The notes beneath the pieces were generated by a model that saw only the letters and a list, made by a program, of their open reading frames with translations, was not told the origin of the DNA and searched no databases. Shown here piece by piece: positions 8,846-19,108 of a DNA stretch of 64,000 bases (positions are counted from its first letter, which is position 1; each line of letters opens with the position of its first letter). Source of the DNA: Acidobacteriota bacterium (lineage in GTDB: Bacteria > Acidobacteriota > UBA6911 > RPQK01 > JAJDTT01); assembly GCA_965219855.1 (NCBI GenBank), contig CBDCOR010000026.1:134372-198371 (forward strand), read 5' to 3'. Made by a program: the position numbers and the translations under genes.

Positions 8846-10093
8846 ATGATGAGACTCTTCGGTGGTGCTCTAGCTGTTTCGTTTTTCCTTCTTTTCTTCT
8901 TGGGTCCCGCTGAATGGGACCTTGAGTGGCCACGTTCCAGGTCCCGAGTACAGATGTCCACGCAGCGCTCCAGTGCACAAGCCAGGCTCGAATTGCCGGC
9001 CGATTTTCCAACCGGAATGCCCGCTCCCCTGGTTGCCACCCTCGAGGGTGGAGCCTCCCAACATCGAAGTTTCTCGTTGCGAGCGCATTCTGGAAAAGGA
9101 CCTCCTGTTCTGGCCCAGCTCGACCCCACCTCAGGGCACCTGTGGATGATCAGAGGAATCCAGTCGGAGGAGCGAGGCTCGACCGTCGAGTTCGACGCAA
9201 CCCCAGTCGCGGTGGAACCCCTTCTGAAGCTAACCCGGAAGTCGGGTGGCCTCCTTTTCTCTGAGTCGCAACGGCCCGTTCTCTTCTATCAAGAGACTCC
9301 CAAGGCGCTCGACGGCAAGTACAGACGAGCCAATTACGTCCATCCTGTATATGGCCTGGACGGGGAGACCATGACCCAGGATTTTCCAGAAGACCACCCG
9401 CACCATCGGGGCGTGTTCTGGGCTTGGCACCAGCTCCTTGTGAACCAGTTGCGCGCCGGCGATCCCTGGGATACGACTGACTTCCTGGCGGTGGTGCGCA
9501 GCGCCGAAGTAACCGATGAAGGTCCAGTCTTCGCGGCGCTCAAGGTCAACGTATTGTGGACCTCTTCACGGTATCAGGACAGTGCTGGGCAGCCTCAACC
9601 CATAGTTGAGGAGAACTTGACGATCAGGGTATTTCGATCGTCTCAGGAGGGCCAGTGTCTGGATTTCGAGATCGCCCTGAAACCCCTGGTAACTGGTCTC
9701 CGTCTCGGCGGTTCCGAGAATTCACGGGGCTACTCGGGGTTTACCGTCAGGGTCAGACCTCCACGGGAAGGAGTGATCGACGACAGCATCGGGATCCTGG
9801 TTCAGGATCGTATCGGCGAAGCGAGCCCGTGGGCCGATTACCATGGGCGATTTGGAGAGGCTGACGAGGTTTCCGGGCTCGCCATTCTCAGCCACCCCTC
9901 CTTACCTCAGTTCCCACCGAAATGGGTCCTTCGCTACTACGGAATGATAAACGTGGCCTATCCGGGCCGCGACTCGGTTCCGATTCCCCAGAACAGCCTC
10001 CTGATGCTGCGCCATCGCATTGTGGTACATCGAGGGACCCAAGCTCAGGCGAGGATCCCCGAACACCAGAAAATCTATCAGACCGCCTGGTAG
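8846..10093 (+). CDS. Secreted DUF protein, PmoA-like family (non-methanotroph PmoA homologue)
   Basis: Signal peptide, then NYVHPVYGLDGETMTQDFPEDHPHHRGVFWAWHQL, which resembles the PmoA/DUF6807-type conserved core. Assignment is by memory only. Confidence 0.4.
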   Translation: MMRLFGGALAVSFFLLFFLGPAEWDLEWPRSRSRVQMSTQRSSAQARLELPADFPTGMPAPLVATLEGGASQHRSFSLRAHSGKGPPVLAQLDPTSGHLWMIRGIQSEERGSTVEFDATPVAVEPLLKLTRKSGGLLFSESQRPVLFYQETPKALDGKYRRANYVHPVYGLDGETMTQDFPEDHPHHRGVFWAWHQLLVNQLRAGDPWDTTDFLAVVRSAEVTDEGPVFAALKVNVLWTSSRYQDSAGQPQPIVEENLTIRVFRSSQEGQCLDFEIALKPLVTGLRLGGSENSRGYSGFTVRVRPPREGVIDDSIGILVQDRIGEASPWADYHGRFGEADEVSGLAILSHPSLPQFPPKWVLRYYGMINVAYPGRDSVPIPQNSLLMLRHRIVVHRGTQAQARIPEHQKIYQTAW

Positions 10094-10094
10094 G

Positions 10095-10625
10095 TTTCGT
10101 TCCAGCAGGTCCAGTCGCTCTCGGCTCTGCTGGTGGGCGATGCTTTGGCAAAATACGAGCCGTTCGGAATTTGGTGCTTGTGATTTGGAGCTTGTTTGTA
10201 TCTTGGGATTCTTAAGTTTCAGGTTTGTGGGACCCCCAGCGGAGCTGGCCCCATTCGAGAAACAGACTTTGGTCGTCTCTAGCGACGAACAGAGATAGCA
10301 GCGTGTCCGTTGTAGGACGGGCATTCCTGCCCGTCGAGGCCAACCGACGGGCAAGAATACCCATCCTACGCCGGGTACCTGCTCGATGAAGTTTCAGGTT
10401 TGTGGGGCCCCCAGTGGAGCTGGCCCGGCGTAGCGGTGGCCTCCAGGCCGCCGTGTATCGGGCCAAAGGCTCGAAGGAAGAAGACTTCGGCCTGGAGCCC
10501 AAAGCTACGTCCGCCCAATCAAGTTTCAGGTTAGCAGCGCCACCGGCTGCGCCGGATCGTACGTCAAAGAAACTCTGATTTGGGGTAGGGGCAATTCTGC
10601 TGTTGTCCGGCTCTCTCCTCGGACC
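10095..10625. repeat. Intergenic cluster of REP/MITE-like elements (AAGTTTCAGG-ended units and a GGCCTCCAGGCC...GGCCTGGAG hairpin unit)
   Basis: Related copies occur at 15245-15360, 39762-40170 and partially at 63369-63440. AAGTTTCAG occurs in this region at 10209, 10395, 10521 and 10761. Confidence 0.8.
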
Positions 10626-10796
10626 TTGGGCTCATATTGCAGACGAGTCAAGTCGTTCGTGGCTCTGTCGGACTTGGTTTCGCAATACTGGCAATCCATT
10701 TCTGTTGGCTGCAACTGGCTCCGCTACTGCTCACTGATCACTGCATCACTGTTCACAATTCAAGTTTCAGGTCAGGAACCCCCCTATAATAGGTGT

Positions 10797-12908
10797 GTGT
10801 CCAAGCAAGAAAGCATCTCATACTCGGGTATCGCTTATGGGAGCGCGCTCTCTTCCTCCGGCGAGTTCAAGCTGGAAAGCCCCTTTCAACCCTCCAAGGA
10901 GCAAGCCAGTGCGATCGATGAGCTGGTGAGAGGGGTGGACGGAGAATCCGGGCAGGTCCTGTTGGGCGTGACCGGCTCTGGAAAGACCTTCACCATGGCG
11001 AAGGTCATCGAGGCGGTGAATCGGCCCACTCTCGTCCTCAGCCACAACAAGACGCTGGCAGCGCAGCTCTACCAGGAGTTCCGGAACTTCTTCAAAGAGA
11101 ATGCAGTGGAGTACTTCGTCAGCTACTACGATTACTACCAGCCGGAGGCCTATATCGCCTCCACCGATACCTACATTGAGAAGGACGCCCTGATCAACGA
11201 CGAGATCGATCGACTCCGCCACTCCGCCACCCGGTCGTTGTTCGAACGCCGCGATTGCATCATCGTCTGCAGCGTGAGCTGTATCTACGGACTGGGATCT
11301 CCGGAAGCGTATTACGGCATGGTTATCATGTTGACCGAGGGGCAGCAGGTTTCACGCCGAGAGCTGCTTCAGCGGTTGGTTGAAATACAGTACGAGCGCA
11401 ACGATTTCGATCTTTCCCGGGGGGTATTCCGGGTCCGGGGTGATGTCATCGAAATCATTCCGTCCTATGAAGACTACGGTATCCGGATCGAGCTTTTCGG
11501 GGACGAGATCGAGGCGATCTACCAGTTCGATCCTCTGACCGGCGAGATCCTCAAGCAGCACGCCCGGATGCCCATTTATCCGCGCTCCCATTACGTCATC
11601 CCTCGCGACCGCTGGAATCGAGCTGTCGACGACATCAAGCAGGAGTTGGGGGAATGTCGAACCCAATTCGAGCAGGAAGGTCGGCTGCTGGAGGCCCAGA
11701 GGATTCATCAGCGAACCATGTTCGACCTCGAGATGATCAAGACCGTGGGCTATTGTCGTGGGATTGAAAACTACTCCAGGCATCTGACGGGTCGTCTCCC
11801 CGGCGAACCCCCTCCCACCCTGATGGATTACCTGCCGCAGGATGCTCTCCTGTTCGTGGACGAGAGCCACGTCACCATTCCACAGGTCCGTGGTATGTAC
11901 GCGGGAGACCGTTCCCGAAAGCTCAACCTGGTCAAGTATGGATTTCGGCTTCCCTCCGCACTGGACAATCGTCCTCTCAGCTTCAACGAATTCGAGGAGC
12001 GTCGTCCCCAGACACTCTACGTCTCGGCCACGCCCGCCAGCTATGAGCTGGAGCAATGCGGTGGGGAGATTGTGGAGCAGATCATTCGGCCAACCGGCCT
12101 GATGGATCCGGAGATCGAAGTCCGTCCGGTCAAGAATCAGATCGACGATCTGCTCGAGGAGATCAGGAAGCGGGCCGCCTGCAAGGAACGGGTCCTGGTC
12201 ACCACCCTCACCAAACGAATGTCCGAGGAGCTGACCGATTACTACACTGAAATCGGAGTGTCGGTTCGCTACCTTCACTCCGAAATAGACACGCTGGAGC
12301 GGATCAAGATCTTGCGGGATCTGAGGCTGGGTCGCTTCGATGTCCTGGTGGGAGTCAATCTGCTGCGGGAGGGCCTGGATCTACCCGAGGTATCACTGGT
12401 CGCGATTCTGGACGCCGACAAGGAAGGTTTCCTGCGCAGCGAAACCTCTTTGATCCAGACCGCTGGACGCGCAGCCCGGAACCTCAACGGAAGGGTGATC
12501 ATGTATGCGGATGTTACCACCCGCTCGATGGCTCGAGCGATCGAGGAGACTACCCGCCGCCGAGAGATCCAGGGTAGGTACAACCAGGCCAACGGAATCA
12601 CACCGGAGTCCATCGTCAAGCCGATCGATGCGACGCTCCTCGAGATGACCAAATTGGACTACTACGACATCTCGGCGGTGGCCGAGGAGATCGAAGAGTA
12701 CAATTCCCCCGAGGAGATCGAGAAGGAGATCGGGCGGATTGAAGTCGAGATGCAAGAGGCTGCAAAGCGATTCGAGTTTGAAAAAGCGGCAGGATTACGG
12801 GACCGCATCAAGCAGCTCAAGGAAACTCGATTGCTGCTCACTGGAAGGGCCGACGGGAGTAAGGCAGTGAGCAGTGAACACACTACTGTCCGGTTAAAAG
12901 TCGAATGA
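10797..12908 (+). CDS. uvrB: Excinuclease ABC subunit B
   Basis: [20 protein letters not shown]...[12 protein letters not shown]...DESHVT...UVR domain at the C-terminus; co-linear with E. coli UvrB. The track ORF starts at 10626 but UvrB homology begins at about 10870. A candidate GTG at 10797 would give MSKQES...; the start is uncertain. The last ~14 codons are encoded by the inserted repeat element. Confidence 0.85.
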   Translation: MSKQESISYSGIAYGSALSSSGEFKLESPFQPSKEQASAIDELVRGVDGESGQVLLGVTGSGKTFTMAKVIEAVNRPTLVLSHNKTLAAQLYQEFRNFFKENAVEYFVSYYDYYQPEAYIASTDTYIEKDALINDEIDRLRHSATRSLFERRDCIIVCSVSCIYGLGSPEAYYGMVIMLTEGQQVSRRELLQRLVEIQYERNDFDLSRGVFRVRGDVIEIIPSYEDYGIRIELFGDEIEAIYQFDPLTGEILKQHARMPIYPRSHYVIPRDRWNRAVDDIKQELGECRTQFEQEGRLLEAQRIHQRTMFDLEMIKTVGYCRGIENYSRHLTGRLPGEPPPTLMDYLPQDALLFVDESHVTIPQVRGMYAGDRSRKLNLVKYGFRLPSALDNRPLSFNEFEERRPQTLYVSATPASYELEQCGGEIVEQIIRPTGLMDPEIEVRPVKNQIDDLLEEIRKRAACKERVLVTTLTKRMSEELTDYYTEIGVSVRYLHSEIDTLERIKILRDLRLGRFDVLVGVNLLREGLDLPEVSLVAILDADKEGFLRSETSLIQTAGRAARNLNGRVIMYADVTTRSMARAIEETTRRREIQGRYNQANGITPESIVKPIDATLLEMTKLDYYDISAVAEEIEEYNSPEEIEKEIGRIEVEMQEAAKRFEFEKAAGLRDRIKQLKETRLLLTGRADGSKAVSSEHTTVRLKVE

Positions 12909-13344
12909 TATCAAATGGTTAGCGATGTGACCTACTTGGACTTGAAAGTCCCAATGCCTAGTGTACTAAGTGGTTGAAGAATCAGGGTTTGCTCGAATGA
13001 GGTAGTTTTTGAAAATGGCGTCAACTTCTGGGAGTGATGGCGCCCTGAGTGCATAGGAAGGAGGTGAATCCTGAAGGGATTCCGTATTTCAGCCCAGGGT
13101 TTCCGAACCCTGGGTCAACGGCGTCGCCCCTGGATTTCAACCCTGAATGGGTTGCGTATAGAAGGGCAACGAATGGGTCAGGACACAACGCCTACAGGGT
13201 TGATCCTTAAGGGGTTGACTCTCTTACCCAGGGTTGGGAAACCCTGGGCTGGAAGACACAATCCCGTTGGGATTGACCTCGCTTGGTTTTGACAACACCC
13301 ATTTCCCATCCCTCGATCCCAAAGTCGATCCGATCCCACACGAG
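12865..13344 (+). repeat. Copy 1 of a ~500-bp structured repeat element (MITE-like or ncRNA candidate). It begins with CAGTGAG units and a CTGTCCGGTT terminus
   Basis: About 85-90% identical to 49466-49969. It contains paired hairpins CCCAGGGTT-tccg-AACCCTGGG and CCCAGGGTT-ggga-AACCCTGGG. Its right end has diverged and lacks the AACCGGACAG terminus. Confidence 0.8.
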
Positions 13345-13433
13345 AGGGAAGACAGCGATCTCAGCGATTCCAGCCTGTTTTCCTGCCAAACCAATGATTA
13401 TAAGCATAAGTTAGACTCAACGCGGGGAGGATC

Positions 13434-14753
13434 ATGATACGAATCGAGCCGGTTCGCTCCCTTCGCGGCGAGGTCCAGATACCCGGCGACAAGAGCATCT
13501 CTCACCGCTATGCCATGCTGGGAGCGATGGCCCAGGGTGTCACGCGAATCTCCAATTTTTCGGCGAGCCGTGACTGTCAGGCGACCCTCAACTGCGTGAG
13601 CGGCCTGGGTGTCGAAGTCAAGCAGTCACAAACGACCGTGGAGATCTCCAGCGCCGGCTGGGATAACTTCGTGCAGCCCGATCGGGTGCTGGACGCCGAG
13701 AACAGTGGGACAACGATTCGTCTCCTCTCTTCCTTGTTGGCTTGCCAGGAGTTCACTTCTTCCATACAGGGGGACCAATCGCTCAACCGCCGTCCCATGG
13801 GACGCATCATGAACCCCTTGACTCTGATGGGGGCTGAGATCGAGGCACGGGAGGGGCGATATCCTCCTCTCACTATCCATGGCGGCCGGCTTCAAGGGAT
13901 TCGCTACCCTTTGCCGGTAGCCAGTGCTCAAGTCAAATCCTGTGTTCTCCTGGCCGGGCTCACCGCGCGAGAACGAACCACCGTAGTCGAGCTCACGCCG
14001 TCACGAGACCACACCGAGCGCGCGCTCCCCTTCTTCGGAGCCCACCTCGAGCAGCGCCAGCATGGAGGTGGCGGTCGCTGCGAGATCAGCGTCAGCGGGC
14101 CGGCCGAGCTACAGGCAACCAGCATAGACATTCCTGGCGACTTCTCATCTGCCGTGTACTTTATCTTGGGTGCAGTCCTCGCTCCTGGAAGCGAGGTGGT
14201 GCTCCGGAATGTCGGAGTGAATCCTACTCGCATCGGGTTCCTCAGCCTGTTGGAGGAATCAGGCGCCCAGATCGCGAAATCCAATTGCAGGGAAGCCAAC
14301 GGCGAGCCGGTCTGTGATCTCCGAATTGGGTCGACGGACTCGGTTTGGGAGCGATTTCCCAGGGAGATCGGAGGCAGTTGGATACCCAATCTCATCGATG
14401 AGATTCCGGCCCTCGCCGTTTTGGCGGTCCGTCTGAAACAGGGTCTCATCGTCCGCGATGCACAGGAGCTCAGGAAAAAGGAATCTGACCGGATTCAGGC
14501 TGTGGTCTCCAATCTTCGACAGTTGGGAGTGGATGCCGAGGAACTCCCGGACGGGTTGGTGGTGCCCCCGAAACAGCGTGTTCGGGGAGGTAGGGTAGAG
14601 ACGTTCGGCGACCATAGGATCGCCATGGCGTTTGCGCTGGCCGCCCTGATCGCCGACGCTCCGGTGGAACTGGACCAGCCTGAGTGTGTAGACGTCTCCT
14701 TTCCAGGCTTCTTCGATCGCTTCCGTTCCCTCTGTAGTCAGGCAGCTCAGTGA
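13434..14753 (+). CDS. aroA: 3-phosphoshikimate 1-carboxyvinyltransferase (EPSP synthase)
   Basis: MIRIEPVRSLRGEVQIPGDKSISHRYAMLGAMAQG...; GGAGG RBS 5 nt upstream; overlaps aroK by 4 nt (ATGA). Confidence 0.9.
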   Translation: MIRIEPVRSLRGEVQIPGDKSISHRYAMLGAMAQGVTRISNFSASRDCQATLNCVSGLGVEVKQSQTTVEISSAGWDNFVQPDRVLDAENSGTTIRLLSSLLACQEFTSSIQGDQSLNRRPMGRIMNPLTLMGAEIEAREGRYPPLTIHGGRLQGIRYPLPVASAQVKSCVLLAGLTARERTTVVELTPSRDHTERALPFFGAHLEQRQHGGGGRCEISVSGPAELQATSIDIPGDFSSAVYFILGAVLAPGSEVVLRNVGVNPTRIGFLSLLEESGAQIAKSNCREANGEPVCDLRIGSTDSVWERFPREIGGSWIPNLIDEIPALAVLAVRLKQGLIVRDAQELRKKESDRIQAVVSNLRQLGVDAEELPDGLVVPPKQRVRGGRVETFGDHRIAMAFALAALIADAPVELDQPECVDVSFPGFFDRFRSLCSQAAQ

Positions 14754-15244
14754 CCCAACACATCTACCTGGTAGGCTTCATGGGAAGCGGTAAATCGACT
14801 GTCGGGCAGGCCCTTGCCCGGGAGCTGGGACGAGTCTGTCTCGATCTCGACGAACTGATCGAGGAGCGCGAAGGAATGGCCATTCCAGAGATCTTCGATC
14901 GTCACGGGGAGCCTCGCTTCCGAGAAATCGAAACCCAGCTGCTACTGGAGATCCTTGATTTGCCGCCGGCTGTAGTTGCCGTGGGCGGAGGGGCCTTCAT
15001 CCAGGAGTACAACCGAGATCTGATCCTGGACAGAGGTCTCGCCGTCTGGCTCAACGTTCCTGTCGACTTGGCTTGGAAGCGCTCCTCTCAGGTGGACAAT
15101 CGTCCCCTGGCGCAAAACCGGGAATCCTTCGAGGCACTTTTCTCCAAGCGACAAGGGATCTATAGGATGTCTCACCTCACCGTCGACATCGAAGAAAAAT
15201 CGCCAGAGGCGATCTGCGAGGAAATTGTTGGGCAGCTAAACTGA
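14750..15244 (+). CDS. aroK: Shikimate kinase
   Basis: IYLVGFMGSGKSTVGQALAREL is a P-loop with shikimate-kinase length and context. Confidence 0.85.
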   Translation: MTQHIYLVGFMGSGKSTVGQALARELGRVCLDLDELIEEREGMAIPEIFDRHGEPRFREIETQLLLEILDLPPAVVAVGGGAFIQEYNRDLILDRGLAVWLNVPVDLAWKRSSQVDNRPLAQNRESFEALFSKRQGIYRMSHLTVDIEEKSPEAICEEIVGQLN

Positions 15245-15458
15245 AACTTCATTGGCGAATGTAGCTTTGGCCTCCAGGCCGAAGTCTTATTCTTCCGAGC
15301 CTTCTGCTCGGACGACGGCCTGGAGGCCACCGCTACGTCCCTCGATTGAAGTTTCTTTCCTGTACGCTTGAGCAGTGAGCAGTTCCGAAAACAGGCGCGG
15401 TTCAACAGCACCGTCTTAGGGGTGAGCCGTCAGTAATTTGAACAGCTCTAAGTTTGGG
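15245..15458. repeat. REP-like palindromic element (GAAACTTCA...GGCCTCCAGGCC...GGCCTGGAGGCC...TGAAGTTTC) plus a short CAGTGAG run
   Basis: Reverse-complement copy of the units at 10404-10530 and 39762-39860, lying between convergent aroK and clpB. Confidence 0.8.
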
Positions 15459-18098
15459 TCATTCAACCGCTGCGTTAACCTCGGCCAGCGCCTCCTGGCT
15501 GAACACCAACTCCTGTTTCGCAGGCTCGTAATCCACCCGTAGATGGGTCCCGTCCCTGAGCTCGCCCGAGACAATGAGCCGAGCCAGTGGATTCTCAACT
15601 TCCCTTTGAATGGCACGCTTCAGCGGACGGGCTCCATAATTGGGGTCGTAGCCCACACGCACCAGGTGGGCGCGGGCGCCCTCGGTCAGCTCCACATCCA
15701 TCTGTCGCTCGGCGAGGCGCCGACGCAGCTGAACCATCTGGATGTCAACGATCTCCTTCAGGTGCTCTTCGGCAAGGGCATGAAAGACGATGCTCTCATC
15801 AATCCGGTTCAGGAACTCGGGGCGGAACTGGTGGCGCAGCTCCTCCAGAACCGCTTCCTTCATTCGTGAGTATCCATCTCCGCTGAGTTCTCCTGTGTAT
15901 TCAAGAATGCGACTACTTCCCACATTCGAGGTCATGATGATGATGGTGTTCTTGAAATCGACGGTCCGGCCTTTCCCGTCCGTGAGTCGGCCGTCATCCA
16001 GGATCTGCAGCATGGCATTGAATACATCGAAATGGGCCTTCTCTATCTCGTCGAACAGGATCACCGAAAAGGGTCGACGCCGGACTGCCTCGGTGAGTTG
16101 CCCTCCCTCTTCGTATCCCACATAGCCTGGTGGGGCACCGATGAGTCGGGCCACCGTATGTTTCTCTTGATACTCGGACATATCGATTCGAATCAGAGAG
16201 TGCTCATCATCGAAGAGGAATTCAGCCAGTGCTCGGGCCAACTCGGTTTTTCCGACGCCGGTGGGTCCCGGAAAGATGAAGCTGCCGATAGGCCGGTTGG
16301 GGTCCTTGAGACCGGAGCGCGCCCGAATCACCGCCTCCACGACTACGTGTACCGCCTCGTCCTGCCCCACCACACGTCGCCTCAGATCCTTCTCCAGGCT
16401 CATCAGTTTCTGCATTTCCCCTTCCAGCAACCTTGAGATTCGGATCCCTGTCCAGCGACTCACGACCTCGGCGATGTCGTCCTCACCCACTTCCTCCTTC
16501 AGCAGCGGTGCGACACCCTGTCGCTGGCCCAGAGCCTCCTGTTCGGCCTTAAGCTGTTGGTCCAGCGTCGCCAGCTTTCCGTATCTGAGCTCCGCGGCCT
16601 GGTTCAGGTCGTATTCACGTTCGGCCTTTTCGACGGCGACCTTGGTCTGCTCGATCTGCTCCCTCACCGACCGAAGGCGTCGGACTGCTTCCTGTTCCGA
16701 TTGCCATTGAGCCGTTAGGGCCTTGGCCACGGCCTTGTCCTCGGCCAGGGTTTTCTCCAGTTTGGAGAGACGTTCCTTCGACGACTCATCGGACTCTTTT
16801 CTGAGTGCTTCCCGTTCGATTTCCAGCTGCATGACCCGGCGCTGGACTTCGTCCAGCTCGGAGGGCATGGAATCCATCTCGGTTCGGAGTTTGGCCGCGG
16901 CCTCGTCCATCAGGTCAATAGCCTTGTCGGGCAGGAAGCGATCCGAGATATAGCGGTTGGAAAGAACCGCTGCAGCTACCAGTGCAGAGTCCCTGATTTG
17001 CACTCCATGGTGGACTTCGTAGCGCTCTTTCAAGCCCCGAAGAATCGAGATCGTATCCTCGACCGAGGGTTGATCGACCAGGACCGGCTGGAACCGGCGT
17101 TCTAGGGCTGCATCCGTTTCGATGTGTTTCCGGTACTCGTCGAGGGTGGTGGCTCCGATGCAGTGCAACTCCCCTCGAGCCAACATGGGCTTGAGCAGGT
17201 TTCCTGCATCCATTGCTCCCTCGACTCGGCCTGCACCTACTACGGTGTGAAGCTCGTCGATGAAGAGGATGACCTCTCCCTGCTGATCCTGCACCTCCTT
17301 GAGGACTGCCTTGAGTCGTTCCTCGAACTCTCCCCGGTACTTGGCACCAGCGATCAACGCACCCATGTCGAGCGAGATGACCCGTTTGTGCTTCAAGCCT
17401 TCAGGCACGTCACCGCGTACGATGCGCTGCGAGAGACCCTCCGCGATGGCCGTCTTTCCTACACCCGGCTCTCCGATCAGAACTGGATTGTTCTTGGTAC
17501 GGCGGGAAAGCACCTGCATCAAGCGCCGAATCTCGTCATCCCGGCCGATCACCGGATCCAGTTTTCCCTGGGACGCTTCTGAGGTTAGATCGCGCCCGTA
17601 CTGTTCCAGTGCCGCGTAGGTGGCTTCTGGATTGGGCGACATCACCCGTTGACTTCCTCTCACCTCCCGAAGCGTCTGCATCAGGCTCTCGCGTGACAAC
17701 CCCGAATCCCGAAGCAGTCGTCCCGCCATACCCTTGTCGTCCGCCATGACTAGTAACAGGTGCTCGACCGAGAGGTACTGGTCCTTCAGTTTCGCTGCCT
17801 CCTCTTCCGCTTGTGACAGCAGTAGGTTAAGGCGGGGCGTGATGTAGACCTGGTCGGGGGAGGCGGAGGGACCCGAGACCTTGGGCAAGCGGTTCAGCTC
17901 CTCTTCCAACCGCTGTTGTAGCCCGGCTATGTGTACTCCCGCTTTGTTCAGGATCGAGCCGGCGAGTCCCCGTTCCTGTTCCAAGAGGACTGCCAGCAGA
18001 TGCTCTACGTCTACTTGCTGATGGCCGTGGTGCAATGCCTTTGTTTGGGCCGAGTTCAAGGCACTCCGAACCATCTCTGTAAGCTGATTCATATCCAT
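15459..18098 (-). CDS. clpB: ATP-dependent chaperone ClpB
   Basis: Two AAA+ modules ([19 protein letters not shown]), a long middle coiled coil and a ClpN-type N-domain. The start is probably MDMNQLTE at 18098; the 18170 start is an extension. Confidence 0.9.
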   Translation of the reverse strand: MDMNQLTEMVRSALNSAQTKALHHGHQQVDVEHLLAVLLEQERGLAGSILNKAGVHIAGLQQRLEEELNRLPKVSGPSASPDQVYITPRLNLLLSQAEEEAAKLKDQYLSVEHLLLVMADDKGMAGRLLRDSGLSRESLMQTLREVRGSQRVMSPNPEATYAALEQYGRDLTSEASQGKLDPVIGRDDEIRRLMQVLSRRTKNNPVLIGEPGVGKTAIAEGLSQRIVRGDVPEGLKHKRVISLDMGALIAGAKYRGEFEERLKAVLKEVQDQQGEVILFIDELHTVVGAGRVEGAMDAGNLLKPMLARGELHCIGATTLDEYRKHIETDAALERRFQPVLVDQPSVEDTISILRGLKERYEVHHGVQIRDSALVAAAVLSNRYISDRFLPDKAIDLMDEAAAKLRTEMDSMPSELDEVQRRVMQLEIEREALRKESDESSKERLSKLEKTLAEDKAVAKALTAQWQSEQEAVRRLRSVREQIEQTKVAVEKAEREYDLNQAAELRYGKLATLDQQLKAEQEALGQRQGVAPLLKEEVGEDDIAEVVSRWTGIRISRLLEGEMQKLMSLEKDLRRRVVGQDEAVHVVVEAVIRARSGLKDPNRPIGSFIFPGPTGVGKTELARALAEFLFDDEHSLIRIDMSEYQEKHTVARLIGAPPGYVGYEEGGQLTEAVRRRPFSVILFDEIEKAHFDVFNAMLQILDDGRLTDGKGRTVDFKNTIIIMTSNVGSSRILEYTGELSGDGYSRMKEAVLEELRHQFRPEFLNRIDESIVFHALAEEHLKEIVDIQMVQLRRRLAERQMDVELTEGARAHLVRVGYDPNYGARPLKRAIQREVENPLARLIVSGELRDGTHLRVDYEPAKQELVFSQEALAEVNAAVE

Positions 18099-18366
18099 CG
18101 TGCCTATAGTCTCCTTGACTTTCTGCTCTGAACTTGTCCGGCAGCGGTCTGAGATCTCTCTGGACGGCACCTCGAATATCTGCTGCCGGAGACAGTCCTT
18201 CTTATAGGATTCAGTCTGGGTGATTACAAGGAGGGCAGATGGGGTACTGCTTCCAGCGGTCTGGTTGGAGGTTTCCCCCGTTTGCTCCCGACGCTTTGGA
18301 GGGCACTCTTCGTGCTAGAATGATGCCGGTACAGAGGCGACACCCTCGAGAACGAACGAGAGAGAA

Positions 18367-18960
18367 ATGGAAGAAAATAGGGACGGAGACTCCTTCCAGG
18401 TAACCGATCGTCGAAGTTGGCTGGAGGACGAAGATCTAATCGAGCGGACACCGGCACCGGAGAAGCGATATCCCTCCTTCGTCGAGGAGCTGAAGGCACG
18501 TACCGAACTTGCCGAGCAAAAGCTCAAAGAGCGAATCAACGATCTGGAGGCTGAGAACGAGGCGTTTCGAGATCGGCTTGGCAAGGACATGGAGCGGCGG
18601 TTGGAGCAGCAGAAGATGGACTTGCTGCGAGGCTTTCTGGAGGTCATCGACAACTTTGAGCGGGCCCTGCAGGCTTTCGAGCAGACTTCCAGCCTGGAAG
18701 AGCTCAAGAAAGGAATTCAGCTCAACCTGGAGCTTTTTCTCCAAAAGCTCAAGTCGGCAGGAGTCGAGCCCCTCGATGTTCTCGAACAGCCCTTTGATCC
18801 TCACCAATCGGAAGCGGTCGGAGTCATCCCTGTCGCAGATCCTAAGCTGGACAACCACGTGGTCGAGGTGGTCCAGCAAGGCTATTGCTTTGGGGATCAA
18901 TTGCTCCGTCCCGCGCACACGCGGGTCGGGAAGTATCACGCCTCGGGCGACAATCTGTGA
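18367..18960 (+). CDS. grpE: Nucleotide exchange factor GrpE
   Basis: Coiled-coil N-terminus plus DLLRGFLEVIDNFERAL...GVEPLDVLEQPFDPHQSEAVGV, the GrpE signature; divergent from clpB. Confidence 0.85.
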   Translation: MEENRDGDSFQVTDRRSWLEDEDLIERTPAPEKRYPSFVEELKARTELAEQKLKERINDLEAENEAFRDRLGKDMERRLEQQKMDLLRGFLEVIDNFERALQAFEQTSSLEELKKGIQLNLELFLQKLKSAGVEPLDVLEQPFDPHQSEAVGVIPVADPKLDNHVVEVVQQGYCFGDQLLRPAHTRVGKYHASGDNL

Positions 18961-19043
18961 TTTTCTAGAGGCTGCTATCGAGGGATCCGGTTTCAGCCTG
19001 AACCCGAACGGGGAGACACCAGGTCACCTCCCAAGCCAGGCCC

Positions 19044-19078
19044 GTCTCCAGGCCGGCTTTTCTGGCCGGCCTGGAGAC
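19044..19078. terminator. Perfect 14-bp GC-rich hairpin (GTCTCCAGGCCGGC-ttttct-GCCGGCCTGGAGAC) between convergent grpE and the 19109 gene
   Basis: Read directly from the sequence; likely a bidirectional intrinsic terminator. Confidence 0.6.
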
Positions 19079-19108
19079 TGACTCTACCGGAATGGCCCTC
19101 CAAGAGAC

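Noticed and set aside
10626-10796. N-terminal 57 codons of the track uvrB ORF
   Set aside because: There is no UvrB homology there, and the stretch is made of intergenic repeat sequence (heptamers, AAGTTTCAGG). The real start is downstream, probably the GTG at 10797 or later.
15543-17619. Several 100-150-aa ORFs on the + strand inside clpB, and similar antisense ORFs inside the sialidase, symporter, acnA and atp genes
   Set aside because: These are typical spurious antisense ORFs of a high-GC genome. They have no start context or homology and are fully contained in strongly supported genes.
18171-18366. CIRCE (HrcA) operator between divergent clpB and grpE
   Set aside because: Only a weak partial match (GCACTCttcgtGCTAGAA). 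There is no TTAGCACTC-N9-GAGTGCTAA inverted repeat.
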